DNA from: Paraspadella gotoi
Lineage: Eukaryota; Animalia; Chaetognatha
DNA length: 64,000 nt
Assembly: GCA_051294375.1 (NCBI GenBank)
Contig: CM119264.1
Span: 13,598,813-13,662,812, forward strand
Reading direction: 5' to 3'
Numbering within the stretch: the first letter of the stretch is position 1; every line of letters begins with the position of its first letter. Of the stretch, positions 63,461 to 64,000 are shown piece by piece. The notes below the pieces were generated by a model. The model worked only from the letters and a program-made list of their open reading frames with translations, had not been told where the DNA came from and searched no databases. Both the position numbers and the translations under genes were made by a program.

Positions 63461-64000
63461 GTAAGTTTTTTAGATTATTATCTCAAATACTTAAGTATTT
63501 AGGGTAATATTTTGTATATTTTTATTTGAGTTATTCCAAGAAACGCTTTATTAATTTAATTCCATATATATATTATTATTATTATATTATACATTGAACA
63601 AGAAATTTTCAAAATCCCGCCAAGGGTCGAACTCATCCAGTTCGAGTTCCACTTACGATGACCTTTCCTCATTCTCCACATAGTTACATAGTTACATAGT
63701 TAGTAGCTACGTGTGATCGCCAAAGGAAACTGTCAAGTCTCTTTCCTCCTCTCTCATTTCCATTTTTCTTCGGCTTCTTTTTCTTTCCTTTCTCTTCGGG
63801 AGTAATTAAGAATTTCAATATTTTTTTCATAATGAACTTTTTTTTTTGGTTTGCGTTTGAGTCATCTCATTATGTCAACCGTCGAGAGACGAAATAGGTC
63901 TGTCAATCTAAAAGCTATAATGACACCTTTATGAACCAAAAAGAGATACGCTGCCTTTGTCATTCCCAAATTAAAAAAAGAATAAAAAAATAACTAACTC

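Overview
AT-rich, repeat-dense animal (probably invertebrate) genomic DNA with two 25-N gaps and probable assembly duplications in the first 450 bp. The only confidently identified host gene is a multi-exon A1CF/RBM46/RBM47-family RNA-binding gene (3 RRMs, RG box, dsRBM-like domain; + strand, 9866 to 26188 or 31410) with two apparent alternative 3' ends. Upstream on the - strand is a frameshifted terminal exon of an acetate:succinate CoA-transferase (acetyl-CoA hydrolase family). Unassigned coding-like exons occur at 44-46 kb and 63 kb. The non-coding part holds the most interesting signals: (1) six short, ORF-less Penelope-like insertions carrying minimal hammerhead ribozyme motifs, most as inverted pairs with a conserved CAACGAAA tail and 12-14 bp target duplications, plus a Penelope endonuclease-end remnant; (2) a miniature LTR element whose LTRs contain a tRNA-derived cassette; (3) a ~300-nt GC-rich, heavily base-paired island of unknown identity; and (4) many nested fold-back MITEs and Helentron-type elements. 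All calls were made by eye, without database searches or folding software.
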